This document shows positions 55,300-63,342 of a stretch of 63,342 nt of DNA, in pieces. A program made the translations under genes and the position numbers. Numbering within the stretch: position 1 is the stretch's first letter; each line of letters begins with the position of its first letter. Source of the DNA: Ignavibacteriales bacterium (GTDB lineage Bacteria; Bacteroidota; Ignavibacteria; UBA10030; F1-140-MAGs086); NCBI GenBank assembly GCA_018335975.1, contig JAGXRH010000002.1:1-63342 (forward strand), written 5' to 3'. Under the pieces are notes generated by a model. The model worked only from the letters and a program-made list of their open reading frames with translations, had not been told where the DNA came from and searched no databases.

Positions 55300-56277
55300 T
55301 TACTTAACGAGTTCTGCCGATTTGTGTGTTTTGTATGCAGACGCTTCAGAAGTGGCAGAGGATGTTTTACGGATAGTGTATTCAAGAACGACTGCGCTTG
55401 CAATATAAATGGATGAATACGTTCCGGTGATAATACCAATCGTGAGCGCAAAGGCAAACCCCCGGTTCACTTCGCCGCCGAAGAGAAACAGCACTACCGC
55501 GACAAGGAAGATAGTTCCTGAAGTAATAATTGTTCGGCTGAGGGTTTCGTTCAAACTTTTATTCATCACCTCGAAAAGTCCCATTGTGCGATGAATCTTT
55601 TGATTTTCCCGAATACGGTCGAAGATAACCACCGTGTCGTTTACGGAAAGACCAACGAGTGTGAGTAATGCCGCTATCATATTCTGGTCAATTTCAAATT
55701 CGGTGAAGGGGGTGAGTCCATCGAGCAACGAGAGAATGCCGAGTGTTACCAGCACGTCGTGGAATAAGGCGGCCACGGCGCCTATTCCATATATGAACTT
55801 AAACCGAACACCGACATAGATCATAATAGCAATCAGCGATGCAATAATTGCATACACCGCATTCCGTCGAAGTTCAGCGCCGATTTTGGGACCGATTTTT
55901 TGTTCTTCCTCCACGCTTGGTGAATTTTGTGGAAACACAGTTTTCAATTCTGTGATGATGCGGTCGCCGATAATCGTTCCCTGCGCCTGCTCGGGAGTGC
56001 GGATGAGAATTCGGTTTCCCGCCCCATACTCTTTAATTTCAGCGCGCGTAAATCCTGCACTGCCCATTGCCGTTCGGATTTGCCCGATATCCGGGGTTTC
56101 TGGAAATTGCACAACAACTTCTGTTCCCCCTTCAAAATCTATTCCTAACCCGATGCCCAGGGCTCCGGGTTTGAAAATCATCGAGAGGAAACCGATGGCG
56201 ATAACGGAAAGCGAAATGGTAAACCACCGTTTTCGTTTCCCCATAAAATCTATATTTGTTTTCTGAAAAAGTCTCAT
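55300..56277 (-). CDS. secF: Protein translocase subunit SecF
   Basis: FMGKRKRWFTISLSVIAIG, GIDFEGGT and a C-terminal 5-TM RND-like block ending ...SIYIASAVVL. Confidence 0.9.
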   Translation of the reverse strand: MRLFQKTNIDFMGKRKRWFTISLSVIAIGFLSMIFKPGALGIGLGIDFEGGTEVVVQFPETPDIGQIRTAMGSAGFTRAEIKEYGAGNRILIRTPEQAQGTIIGDRIITELKTVFPQNSPSVEEEQKIGPKIGAELRRNAVYAIIASLIAIMIYVGVRFKFIYGIGAVAALFHDVLVTLGILSLLDGLTPFTEFEIDQNMIAALLTLVGLSVNDTVVIFDRIRENQKIHRTMGLFEVMNKSLNETLSRTIITSGTIFLVAVVLFLFGGEVNRGFAFALTIGIITGTYSSIYIASAVVLEYTIRKTSSATSEASAYKTHKSAELVK

Positions 56278-56297
56278 AAAAATTCGTTTGTTCCTGA

Positions 56298-58139
56298 TTA
56301 TCCGAAATTCACCGTTTTACCGCTCGTCAGCATCGCGTTGAAAATAATGTGTGTTGCCCAAATTGCGGTTATCATACTCACGACGATACCAATCATCAGC
56401 GTTAATGCAAATCCCTGTATCGGACCTGAGCCAAATTGATAGAGAATAATACCGGTGATAAATGTTGTAATGTTTGAATCGAAAATAGCGGTAAATGCTT
56501 TTTTATACCCGGCATCAACGGCGGCGCGAGTTGTTTTTCCCGATGCTAACTCTTCGTGAATGCGTTCGTTGATGAGGACGTTCGCATCTACGGCAACAGC
56601 CATACTCAAAATGATACCTGCAATACCTGGAAGTGTAAGCGTTCCCTGAAATCCGGCAAGTATTACTATCATAAAAATGAGGTTGAGCACCAACGCAATG
56701 TTTGCAACAACGCCGGAAAAACTATAATACACCATAATAAAAAGAGCCGTGAGCACAAAAGCAAGAATTGCGGAGAGTAATCCTTTCTGAATGGAGTCGG
56801 CACCTAACGAAGCGCCAACGGATTGTTGTTGAATTATATCTACCGGAGCAGGAAGCGCGCCCGCTTTCAAGACAATCTGTAATACCTGCGCCTCTCCCAT
56901 ATCCATTCCTTCAATCTGAGAGTTTCCTCCGGTAATCTTTGAACGAACGACAGGGGCTGAATATACTCCTCTGTCGAGAATAATCGCAATACGTTTGTTA
57001 ACATTCGCTCCCGTGATGCGTGCCCACTCCCTTGCGCCTTCGGAACTCATCTGCATATTCACAACCGGCTGGTTATACACAAAATCCACATTCGCGTTTT
57101 CTATTACGCCGCCGGTGAGTTCGGGTTCTTTCTTTGCGCAGAAGAGCGCATAAATTTCTTTTCCATCATCGGCAACAATCGGTTTCGCCGCCCAGTGGAA
57201 CTGCACATCAGAAGGAAGGATTTTCTGTATTTCTGGTAATTGTAAAATGTGGTTTACTGAATCGCGAAACTCTTCCCCAACATATCCCTCATTTCCATCC
57301 TGACGAGGGGGCTGCACCAAAGCGAAAAATGGATTTTCTTTCCTGAGTTGTTCTTCAGATTTTGTTTGCGCAGAAGGAGAAATACCGCTGGTATCTTTTT
57401 TCTGCGAAGCGCTATCGGTGGAGGCAAGAGATTTGGATGTGTCGTTGCTGCTATCTGCAACAGGAGTTACGGTAGAGGTGTCAACGCCGTAATGCAACGC
57501 GAGCGTTTTATTGATGGATTCATAAAGTTTCGCAACGGATTCCGGTTCCTTGAGTAATTTGAATTCGAGCAACGCAGTTCCCTGCAGCAGGGTGCGTACC
57601 TGAGATTCATTTTTTACCCCGGGAAGTTCGACAATGATCCGTGTGCCTCCCTGCTTCTGAATTGTCGGCTCGGAAACACCGTATTGGTCAACGCGATTGC
57701 GAACAATTTCGATTGCGCGGTCAATTGCCGTTGTTGCTTCGGTCTGGAGTTTGGTGATGATGGTTTCATTATCCCGCTCCTGAACGTCGCCGAAATAGAC
57801 GGCAAGTTCAACGCTTTGTTCGGCAAATTTCCGTTGTAAGATGGAAACCACGTTTTCTTCGCTTGTGCTTGCTTCCTGACGGACGCTTTCAATGGTGCGA
57901 AGAAATTTCTCATCTTTATTTTTGGCAAGGTCTTCGAACATTTTTACGATGTCCACCTCCATAACAACGCGCATCCCGCCTTGCAAATCGAGTCCCAATT
58001 TTACGGGAAGAATGTTACCGCCCATATCTTTTGCGTCGCTCATTCCCAGCGTAACTGAGAGCGGTTTCCAAAAGACATAGCCGATGCCGATGAATGAAAT
58101 TATTATTATGAAAAGTATTCTTATGCGATATGGATTCAC
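56298..58139 (-). CDS. secD: Protein translocase subunit SecD
   Basis: LGLDLQGGM, GVSEPTIQKQGGTRIIVELPG and the C-terminal TM block GIAGIILSMAVAVDANVLINERI. Directly upstream of secF. Confidence 0.9.
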   Translation of the reverse strand: MNPYRIRILFIIIISFIGIGYVFWKPLSVTLGMSDAKDMGGNILPVKLGLDLQGGMRVVMEVDIVKMFEDLAKNKDEKFLRTIESVRQEASTSEENVVSILQRKFAEQSVELAVYFGDVQERDNETIITKLQTEATTAIDRAIEIVRNRVDQYGVSEPTIQKQGGTRIIVELPGVKNESQVRTLLQGTALLEFKLLKEPESVAKLYESINKTLALHYGVDTSTVTPVADSSNDTSKSLASTDSASQKKDTSGISPSAQTKSEEQLRKENPFFALVQPPRQDGNEGYVGEEFRDSVNHILQLPEIQKILPSDVQFHWAAKPIVADDGKEIYALFCAKKEPELTGGVIENANVDFVYNQPVVNMQMSSEGAREWARITGANVNKRIAIILDRGVYSAPVVRSKITGGNSQIEGMDMGEAQVLQIVLKAGALPAPVDIIQQQSVGASLGADSIQKGLLSAILAFVLTALFIMVYYSFSGVVANIALVLNLIFMIVILAGFQGTLTLPGIAGIILSMAVAVDANVLINERIHEELASGKTTRAAVDAGYKKAFTAIFDSNITTFITGIILYQFGSGPIQGFALTLMIGIVVSMITAIWATHIIFNAMLTSGKTVNFG

Positions 58140-58250
58140 GAGTTTCCTCCGATGAAACCTGAAAAATGGTAAAATATTTAAAATTTGAGGGGTGAATATA
58201 CCACTTTGAGTGAAAAGAAAAAATTACAAAGCCAAAAATCGTAATGTTCA

Positions 58251-58297
58251 GAAAAAATAAAACGGCGAAGGGAATGGCTTCTATCCCTTCGCCGTTT
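58251..58297 (-). terminator. Intrinsic terminator after small gene 58355-58609
   Basis: 14-bp stem AAACGGCGAAGGGA / TCCCTTCGCCGTTT. The minus-strand 3' flank is UAUUUUUUC. Confidence 0.85.
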
Positions 58298-58354
58298 GTA
58301 CTGCAGAGCATTCGTTAAGTAAATGCTCTTACATTCACTTGAGTATTGTTGATA

Positions 58355-58609
58355 TTATCCGATGACGATGACTTCCGGCATTTGCGGCGGGTAGTATTTT
58401 ACTTTTTGAATGAGTGATGATTCACCGTAAATCATTACTTCGGGATACACGATGGGATTACATTTGAATGTAGTGTTGCCGCACACAATATATTCCGATA
58501 ATTGAATCGGTTCGGTGGAGATATTTTTTTTCACCGGAACCTCGATGGAACTCATTTGAACCACTATCAAAAGGAAAAAAATCGGAAGAGAGAATAAGAG
58601 CGTTTTCAT
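58355..58609 (-). CDS. Small secreted hypothetical protein (84 aa)
   Basis: Signal sequence MKTLLFSLPIFFLLIVVQ. Followed by a strong intrinsic terminator. Confidence 0.45.
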   Translation of the reverse strand: MKTLLFSLPIFFLLIVVQMSSIEVPVKKNISTEPIQLSEYIVCGNTTFKCNPIVYPEVMIYGESSLIQKVKYYPPQMPEVIVIG

Positions 58610-58774
58610 AATGTTTTCTTTATTAGTTTTTCAAATACACTTCATTTGACTAACCAACAATGAAAAATGTTGCAGGGAGGGGAAAATATTTTTTTTGAAT
58701 GTCAGAATATCAAATCAAAACGAATTTACGAATTTGTAGAAGATGTATTCGTAACATTCGTTATTCGCACAACA

Positions 58775-59899
58775 TTATTCCAACTTCTTCTTAAACCGCA
58801 ACACGCTCGCAGCCAAAATTACTATTCCCATAAAAAGAAGCGCGCTCGCTTCCAACCACAAACTTGAAATGCCAACACCTTTTAAAATAATTGAACGAAC
58901 GATAACAAGATAGTAACTCATCGGAATAAAATGCGAAAGAACTTGCAGCGCGTGCGGCATATTTTCTACGGGAAATGTGAAACCGGAAATGTACATCATC
59001 GGCTGCAAAATAAAGAACTGCGCCGTCATCATTGCTTGCTGCTGCGTTTTGGAAATGGTGGAAACGAAAAGTCCGAGACCAAGCGTTGTGAGAAGAAAAA
59101 ATCCCGTTAAACCAAAGAGCAATGGAACACTTCCTTTAATCGGAATGTCAAAACCATACACCATCACGAGCAGCACAACGCAAACATTGACAACGCCGAT
59201 AATGGTGAACGGAATAAGTTTTCCCAAAATTAATTCCGTCGGACGAATCGGCGTAACCATAATTTGTTCGAGCGTGCCGATTTCTTTTTCTTTCACAATC
59301 GCCATCGAAGTCAGATTCATTGTCGTAACGAGAAGAATAAGTACGAGAACGCCCGGAACCATATAATTTCTGCTTTTGAGCGCAGGATTATACCACGTGC
59401 GAATTTCCGCATTCACCCCGACGATGGGTTTTCCGTTGGAGAAAAAGTTTGCCAAAATCCCGCTTGCATATTTTGTAATTATTTGACTTGTGTATCCCAT
59501 CGCAATTGCCGTTGAGTTTCCCTCCGCACCATCGAGAATCACTTGCACATTTGCTGGTTCTTTGCGGAAAAGTTTTTTGGAAAAGTTTGTCGGAATAACA
59601 AGAGCCATTGTTGCTTTGTTGTTATCGAGATACGATTGGATTGCGTTGTAATCTTCAGTGGAATATTCAATCGTGAAATAGCCGCTGTTGGTAAAGGTTT
59701 GAATAAACTCGCGGCTCTCTTTCGATTTATCCAAATCGCACAACACCATTGCAATATTTTTTACATCGAGCGAGGCGGCAAAACCGAGAATTGTTAATTG
59801 CAGTACCGGCGCAATAAACACGAGCGGCAATAGTTTTTTATCCTTAAACAGTTGCCCGAATTCTTTCTTAAGAAGTGCAAGGATGCGCTGGAGGTTCAT
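58775..59899 (-). CDS. ABC-2 type transporter permease
   Basis: 374 aa with an N-terminal TM, a loop of about 130 aa, then five TMs, and the NYMVPGVLVLILL block typical of the ABC-2 membrane family. Confidence 0.8.
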   Translation of the reverse strand: MNLQRILALLKKEFGQLFKDKKLLPLVFIAPVLQLTILGFAASLDVKNIAMVLCDLDKSKESREFIQTFTNSGYFTIEYSTEDYNAIQSYLDNNKATMALVIPTNFSKKLFRKEPANVQVILDGAEGNSTAIAMGYTSQIITKYASGILANFFSNGKPIVGVNAEIRTWYNPALKSRNYMVPGVLVLILLVTTMNLTSMAIVKEKEIGTLEQIMVTPIRPTELILGKLIPFTIIGVVNVCVVLLVMVYGFDIPIKGSVPLLFGLTGFFLLTTLGLGLFVSTISKTQQQAMMTAQFFILQPMMYISGFTFPVENMPHALQVLSHFIPMSYYLVIVRSIILKGVGISSLWLEASALLFMGIVILAASVLRFKKKLE

Positions 59900-59952
59900 T
59901 TATAATTTGCGAATTACGATTTCGGATTTACGATTGATATGTTGAATTTCTT

Positions 59953-61434
59953 TCATCCCTGTTCGCGTTCTTCTTTCAACTTCAATTGAATCCACCGCAC
60001 GGAAACACCCAACGACGCGGCGGTTTGTGTTTTGTTTCCGTTAAATTCCTCCAGCCGTTTTTTGAGCAAACGCATCTCGAACTCTTCCAGCGTTCCCTGA
60101 AAATCCAAGGCATCTTTTCGTTCTTCAAGAATAATATGTTCGTCAGAAATTTTTTCTCCGTCGCATAAAATCAACGCCCGTTGGATAATGTTCACTAATT
60201 GGCGAATATTTCCGGGAAATTGAAACCGCTCCAACTTTTGTAATGCGCTTGTGCTTAAATGCGCAGACGTGTTTCCGAATTTCCGAATAAAAAAATTCGC
60301 AAGCAAGCCGATATCTTCCCGTCGTTCTCGAAGCGGAGGAAGCGTGAGGGGGAAAATATTCAAGCGGTAAAATAAATCTTCGCGAAACTTTCCCTCTTTT
60401 ACGAGTTGCGGCAAATCTTTATTTGTGGCGGCAAGAATGCGAACATCAATTTTTTTCGTTTGTGTATCGCCGAGGCGGATGATTTCTCGGTTTTCCAACA
60501 CGCGAAGAAGTTTTGCTTGCAACGCGGGAGAGATGTCAGCAATTTCATCGAGGAAAAATGTTCCCTTGTCGGCGACTTCGAGTAATCCTTTTTTATCTGC
60601 GTTGGCTCCGGTGAACGCCCCTTTTTTGTAGCCGAATAATTCGCTTTCTAAAAGATTATCGGGAATGGAACCGCAAAATTGCGCGAGAAACGGTTTCTCT
60701 TTCCGCGAACTCAATTTGTGAATCGCCTGCGCAACCAAATCTTTTCCGGTTCCACTTTCGCCGAGAATAAGCACCGTTGCATCGGTTCGCGCTACTTTGT
60801 GGATGAGCGTGGCGAGTTCGCGAATAGATTTACTTTCACCGACAATGTCGGGAAGTTGTTCAATCGCGTCGAGTTTGTTGAGGAGAATTTGATTTTCGTT
60901 TTGCAGATGTTCCAGCCGCGAAATTTTATCGAGCGCAAGCGAAACGAGATTGGAAAAAAAATGGAGGAAAATCAAATTCGTTTCCGTGAATTCTTTCCGG
61001 TTCGATTGACTATCCGCAAGAATAACGCCCCAGATTTGTTCGTTGCGAACTATCGGAACACCAATAACCGATTTTATTTTCTGCAATTGAATGCTGACAA
61101 ACTGCGATACATTCGGGTTGGTTTGCGCATCGTGATACAAAAGCGGTTTTTTATTCTGCACCACTTGTTGCAGTACCCCGGAAGAAAACTCGGAAAGGTT
61201 GGCGATACTTTCTTTGCCGACGTTTCGCGCAGAGATTATGGAAAAGGAATTATCTGCCTCATTGTACTTCACGAACAAACCACGCTCTGCATTGATAACA
61301 CCGATAACCCAATCGAGCGCTTGCTCCATCAACGACTCTTCATACGCGGCAGAATTCAGAAGTTCGCTCACGTGGAGTAATTCTTCAAACTGTTCTTTCG
61401 AAAGTTGCTTTATGTGCTGGACTTCTTCTTTCAT
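59953..61434 (-). CDS. Sigma-54-dependent transcriptional activator (GAF - AAA+ - HTH)
   Basis: Walker A GESGTGKDLVAQAIH, GAFTGA loop (KKGAFTGANADKKG), ATNKDL, and C-terminal Fis-type HTH NKTQTAASLGVSVRWIQ. The N-terminal 170 aa are GAF-like. Confidence 0.9.
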   Translation of the reverse strand: MKEEVQHIKQLSKEQFEELLHVSELLNSAAYEESLMEQALDWVIGVINAERGLFVKYNEADNSFSIISARNVGKESIANLSEFSSGVLQQVVQNKKPLLYHDAQTNPNVSQFVSIQLQKIKSVIGVPIVRNEQIWGVILADSQSNRKEFTETNLIFLHFFSNLVSLALDKISRLEHLQNENQILLNKLDAIEQLPDIVGESKSIRELATLIHKVARTDATVLILGESGTGKDLVAQAIHKLSSRKEKPFLAQFCGSIPDNLLESELFGYKKGAFTGANADKKGLLEVADKGTFFLDEIADISPALQAKLLRVLENREIIRLGDTQTKKIDVRILAATNKDLPQLVKEGKFREDLFYRLNIFPLTLPPLRERREDIGLLANFFIRKFGNTSAHLSTSALQKLERFQFPGNIRQLVNIIQRALILCDGEKISDEHIILEERKDALDFQGTLEEFEMRLLKKRLEEFNGNKTQTAASLGVSVRWIQLKLKEEREQG

Positions 61435-61437
61435 TCT

Positions 61438-62433
61438 TTAAGGGACAATTATAAACGAGGCAGGTTTTGAACGGTTGCGGTTTTGAAATTCATCCACACA
61501 ACCGATAACCCAAAAGTATTTTTCCGTTGAGGCGCCCGGAATAATATTTGTACTTGTTGTAACAGAAATACTATCGGAAGAAATATTGTTTTTCGACCAG
61601 ACGAGAGCAGGTTCTTGAAATTCATCAACAAAAACCTCATACACTTCAACAAAAAACGTGAAGCGAAATCCCGGCGTGTAGGGAATCCAGTTGAGTACCG
61701 GCGTAGTCGTAAAGATAGTGTCTAAATTTTTTGGCGAAAATGTTTCTACCTCCAGTTCAATAATACGTTTTACCGTTGCCGAGCCGATGCGATATGTTAC
61801 TCCCTGACGCTCGTGTGCGTGAAACGAAAACTCTCTCCCGATTATTTCCACCAGTGAACCAAGCTGCAATTGGTAATCGGAAAATTTTCCTGAAAATGTA
61901 GTTGCAGAAATTTTATTCAACGGTTTTAAAATGTTGAGTTCTTCGTTCAGAAGAAACACTGTATCAATTTCATCATCGTCGGTAAGCGTTACACTCGTCT
62001 CAAGCGAATATTCGGCAGGGCTGTTGTACTTATTTCGCACTTCGCTGAACATAATTACGCTATCGAGAACCGGAATGGCGTTCAAATGTTTTCCCATCAG
62101 AAACTCTTTCTTGCCGCTCCACTTGACAAAAGCAGAATCTTTTGTGTATCCGTTTTTCTCAAACATTAACCACCCATTTTGCGGAGAAAGAAGGGTAAGA
62201 TGAAAAATGCCGGAATCGTTGCTCTGCACTGCGGTGTTGTTCTCTTTCCAGAGGACGGTTACCTCTTCGAGCGGTAATGGTAAGTGTGCATCGCTAAAAA
62301 CTGTTCCTCTAATAGAGTGGAGTGTGTTGTTCGGGTTATTCGGGTCGAGAGGATTGGTGCGCGGCGCGTTGCAGGAAAGAAGTAAGCCAACCAACAAAAA
62401 TGTAAAAAGAAAAAAAATGTCATTCCACTTCAT
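61438..62433 (-). CDS. Hypothetical lipoprotein
   Basis: Start moved to MKWNDIFFLFTFLLVGLLLSCNA (lipobox). CarboxypepD_reg-like IRGTVFSD...EEVTVLW segment. Stops 3 nt before the sigma-54 activator start. Confidence 0.55.
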   Translation of the reverse strand: MKWNDIFFLFTFLLVGLLLSCNAPRTNPLDPNNPNNTLHSIRGTVFSDAHLPLPLEEVTVLWKENNTAVQSNDSGIFHLTLLSPQNGWLMFEKNGYTKDSAFVKWSGKKEFLMGKHLNAIPVLDSVIMFSEVRNKYNSPAEYSLETSVTLTDDDEIDTVFLLNEELNILKPLNKISATTFSGKFSDYQLQLGSLVEIIGREFSFHAHERQGVTYRIGSATVKRIIELEVETFSPKNLDTIFTTTPVLNWIPYTPGFRFTFFVEVYEVFVDEFQEPALVWSKNNISSDSISVTTSTNIIPGASTEKYFWVIGCVDEFQNRNRSKPASFIIVP

Positions 62434-62554
62434 TCTTTTGATAGAGAGCGGAGAGTTTTCTTTTAAGAAATAAAACGACATACGGATTGCGGTGTAAAAA
62501 AATGCAGAAAAAAGTAGGGCTTTTACACGAGAATTTCAATTCTCTCCGGCGTTT

Positions 62555-62596
62555 TAAAATAAAAAAGCCGCAAAGTATTGAGCATTCTTTGCGGCT
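62555..62596 (-). terminator. Intrinsic terminator after cargo gene 62619-63342
   Basis: Stem AGCCGCAAAG / CTTTGCGGCT. The minus-strand 3' flank is UUUUUUAUUUU. Confidence 0.85.
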
Positions 62597-62618
62597 GAAA
62601 AATGATGTGCGGAAGTTG

Positions 62619-63342
62619 TTACTTCGTGAGCACCATCTTTTTGGTCATCGCTTCATTTGTCGTAAGGAGTTGATAGAAATAGATTCCCGAGGGGAATCCA
62701 GTTGCTATGAACGACACTTGATGTACGCCGGCATCCATTGGTTCATTATTCAAGAGCGTACTAATTTCTGCGCCCAGAATGTTATAAACCCGCAAAGTTA
62801 CGGTTGTATTTTCTCGCAATGCAAACGTAATGTTCGTTGTCGGATTGAACGGATTCGGATAATTTCCACGTAAAGCAGTTTCGGTGGGAATTTCTTCCAT
62901 TCCTTCGCCAACGCCAAGCACTGTTGGTGTGATATTCATATTCAGTACGGTTGTTGATTGGTTTATGTCAATAACAGCATTAGATGTAGCGCTTGCATAG
63001 TCAATCTTCGTTGCAGAAACAGTGTATGTTCCCGTGGCTAAACCTTCGATTGAATAACTTCCATCAGCACCGGTAAAGGAGGTATTGATTACAGAACCGG
63101 CAGAATTTTTAACTGTGAGGATAACGCCGGAAACAAGCGTATTACTTCCGTTGCGAAGAATACCGGTAATTTTTCCGAAAGAACTGTCACCCTGCACGCT
63201 ATCGAGAGCAGCATTAATACCGGTAACGGTGCCGCTTGCAGCAACCGGAGTCGCATCTTCCCACGTCTGGACATTGTCAAAAAATTCGGGTACATAATCT
63301 GATGCCGAGAAGAAAAGAATATAATTTTCGTTGCGAAGATTT
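62619..63342 (-). CDS. T9SS cargo with CarboxypepD_reg-like repeats, N-terminus outside window
   Basis: The track starts it at a GTG (63197), but the frame stays open to the window edge: ...NLRNENYILFFSASDYVPEFFDNVQTWEDATPVAASGTVTGINAALDSVQGDSSFGKITG. C-terminal LRGNYPNPFNPTTNITF...FPSGIYFYQL. Confidence 0.8.
   Translation of the reverse strand, partial: NLRNENYILFFSASDYVPEFFDNVQTWEDATPVAASGTVTGINAALDSVQGDSSFGKITGILRNGSNTLVSGVILTVKNSAGSVINTSFTGADGSYSIEGLATGTYTVSATKIDYASATSNAVIDINQSTTVLNMNITPTVLGVGEGMEEIPTETALRGNYPNPFNPTTNITFALRENTTVTLRVYNILGAEISTLLNNEPMDAGVHQVSFIATGFPSGIYFYQLLTTNEAMTKKMVLTK

Noticed and set aside
1-63342. Search for tRNA, rRNA, tmRNA, RNase P, SRP RNA, CRISPR arrays, transposases, integrases and phage structural genes
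   Set aside because: By eye I found no T-loop/acceptor-like GGTTCGAATCC contexts outside coding frames, no conserved ncRNA cores, no repeat-spacer arrays and no recombinase-like ORFs. Short ncRNAs cannot be excluded without covariance-model searches.

Overview
This 63.3-kb chromosomal window is almost fully coding, with about 57 CDS. I found no rRNA, tRNA, CRISPR array, integrase or transposase. It looks like an FCB-superphylum diderm, probably Ignavibacteriota-like (inference). Six proteins end in the ...NYPNPFNP...SG(I/V)YFY... type-A T9SS sorting domain, a DUF4835/PorD-like gene is present, and Shine-Dalgarno sites are in use. The housekeeping backbone is uvrB, PGI/PMI, recO, htrA, pckG (GTP type), secDF, a multi-PAS hybrid histidine kinase running off the left edge (missing from the ORF track) and a GAF-sigma54 activator.

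Notable blocks:
(1) 9.0-29.6 kb is a same-strand surface-glycan locus: two GtrB/ArnC-like GT2, GT9, YfhO, two GT4, another GT2, a Wzx-like flippase and four methyltransferases. Two 7-bladed FG-GAP propeller T9SS cargo genes are embedded in it.
(2) An unrecognised module of about 240 aa sits directly before the sorting domain in three different cargo proteins. This is my best candidate for something undescribed.
(3) 37.4-41.2 kb is an A+T-rich accessory island of ORFans plus a PIN/UPF0175 toxin-antitoxin pair. Each unit ends in a hairpin, and the island also holds a duplicated structured element of about 58 nt and a 19-codon ORF ending IPPKP.
(4) A RelE-like toxin-antitoxin cassette is bracketed by direct repeats that duplicate the last 21 codons of the adjacent esterase gene.

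Every family assignment comes from motif recognition by eye; no searches were run.
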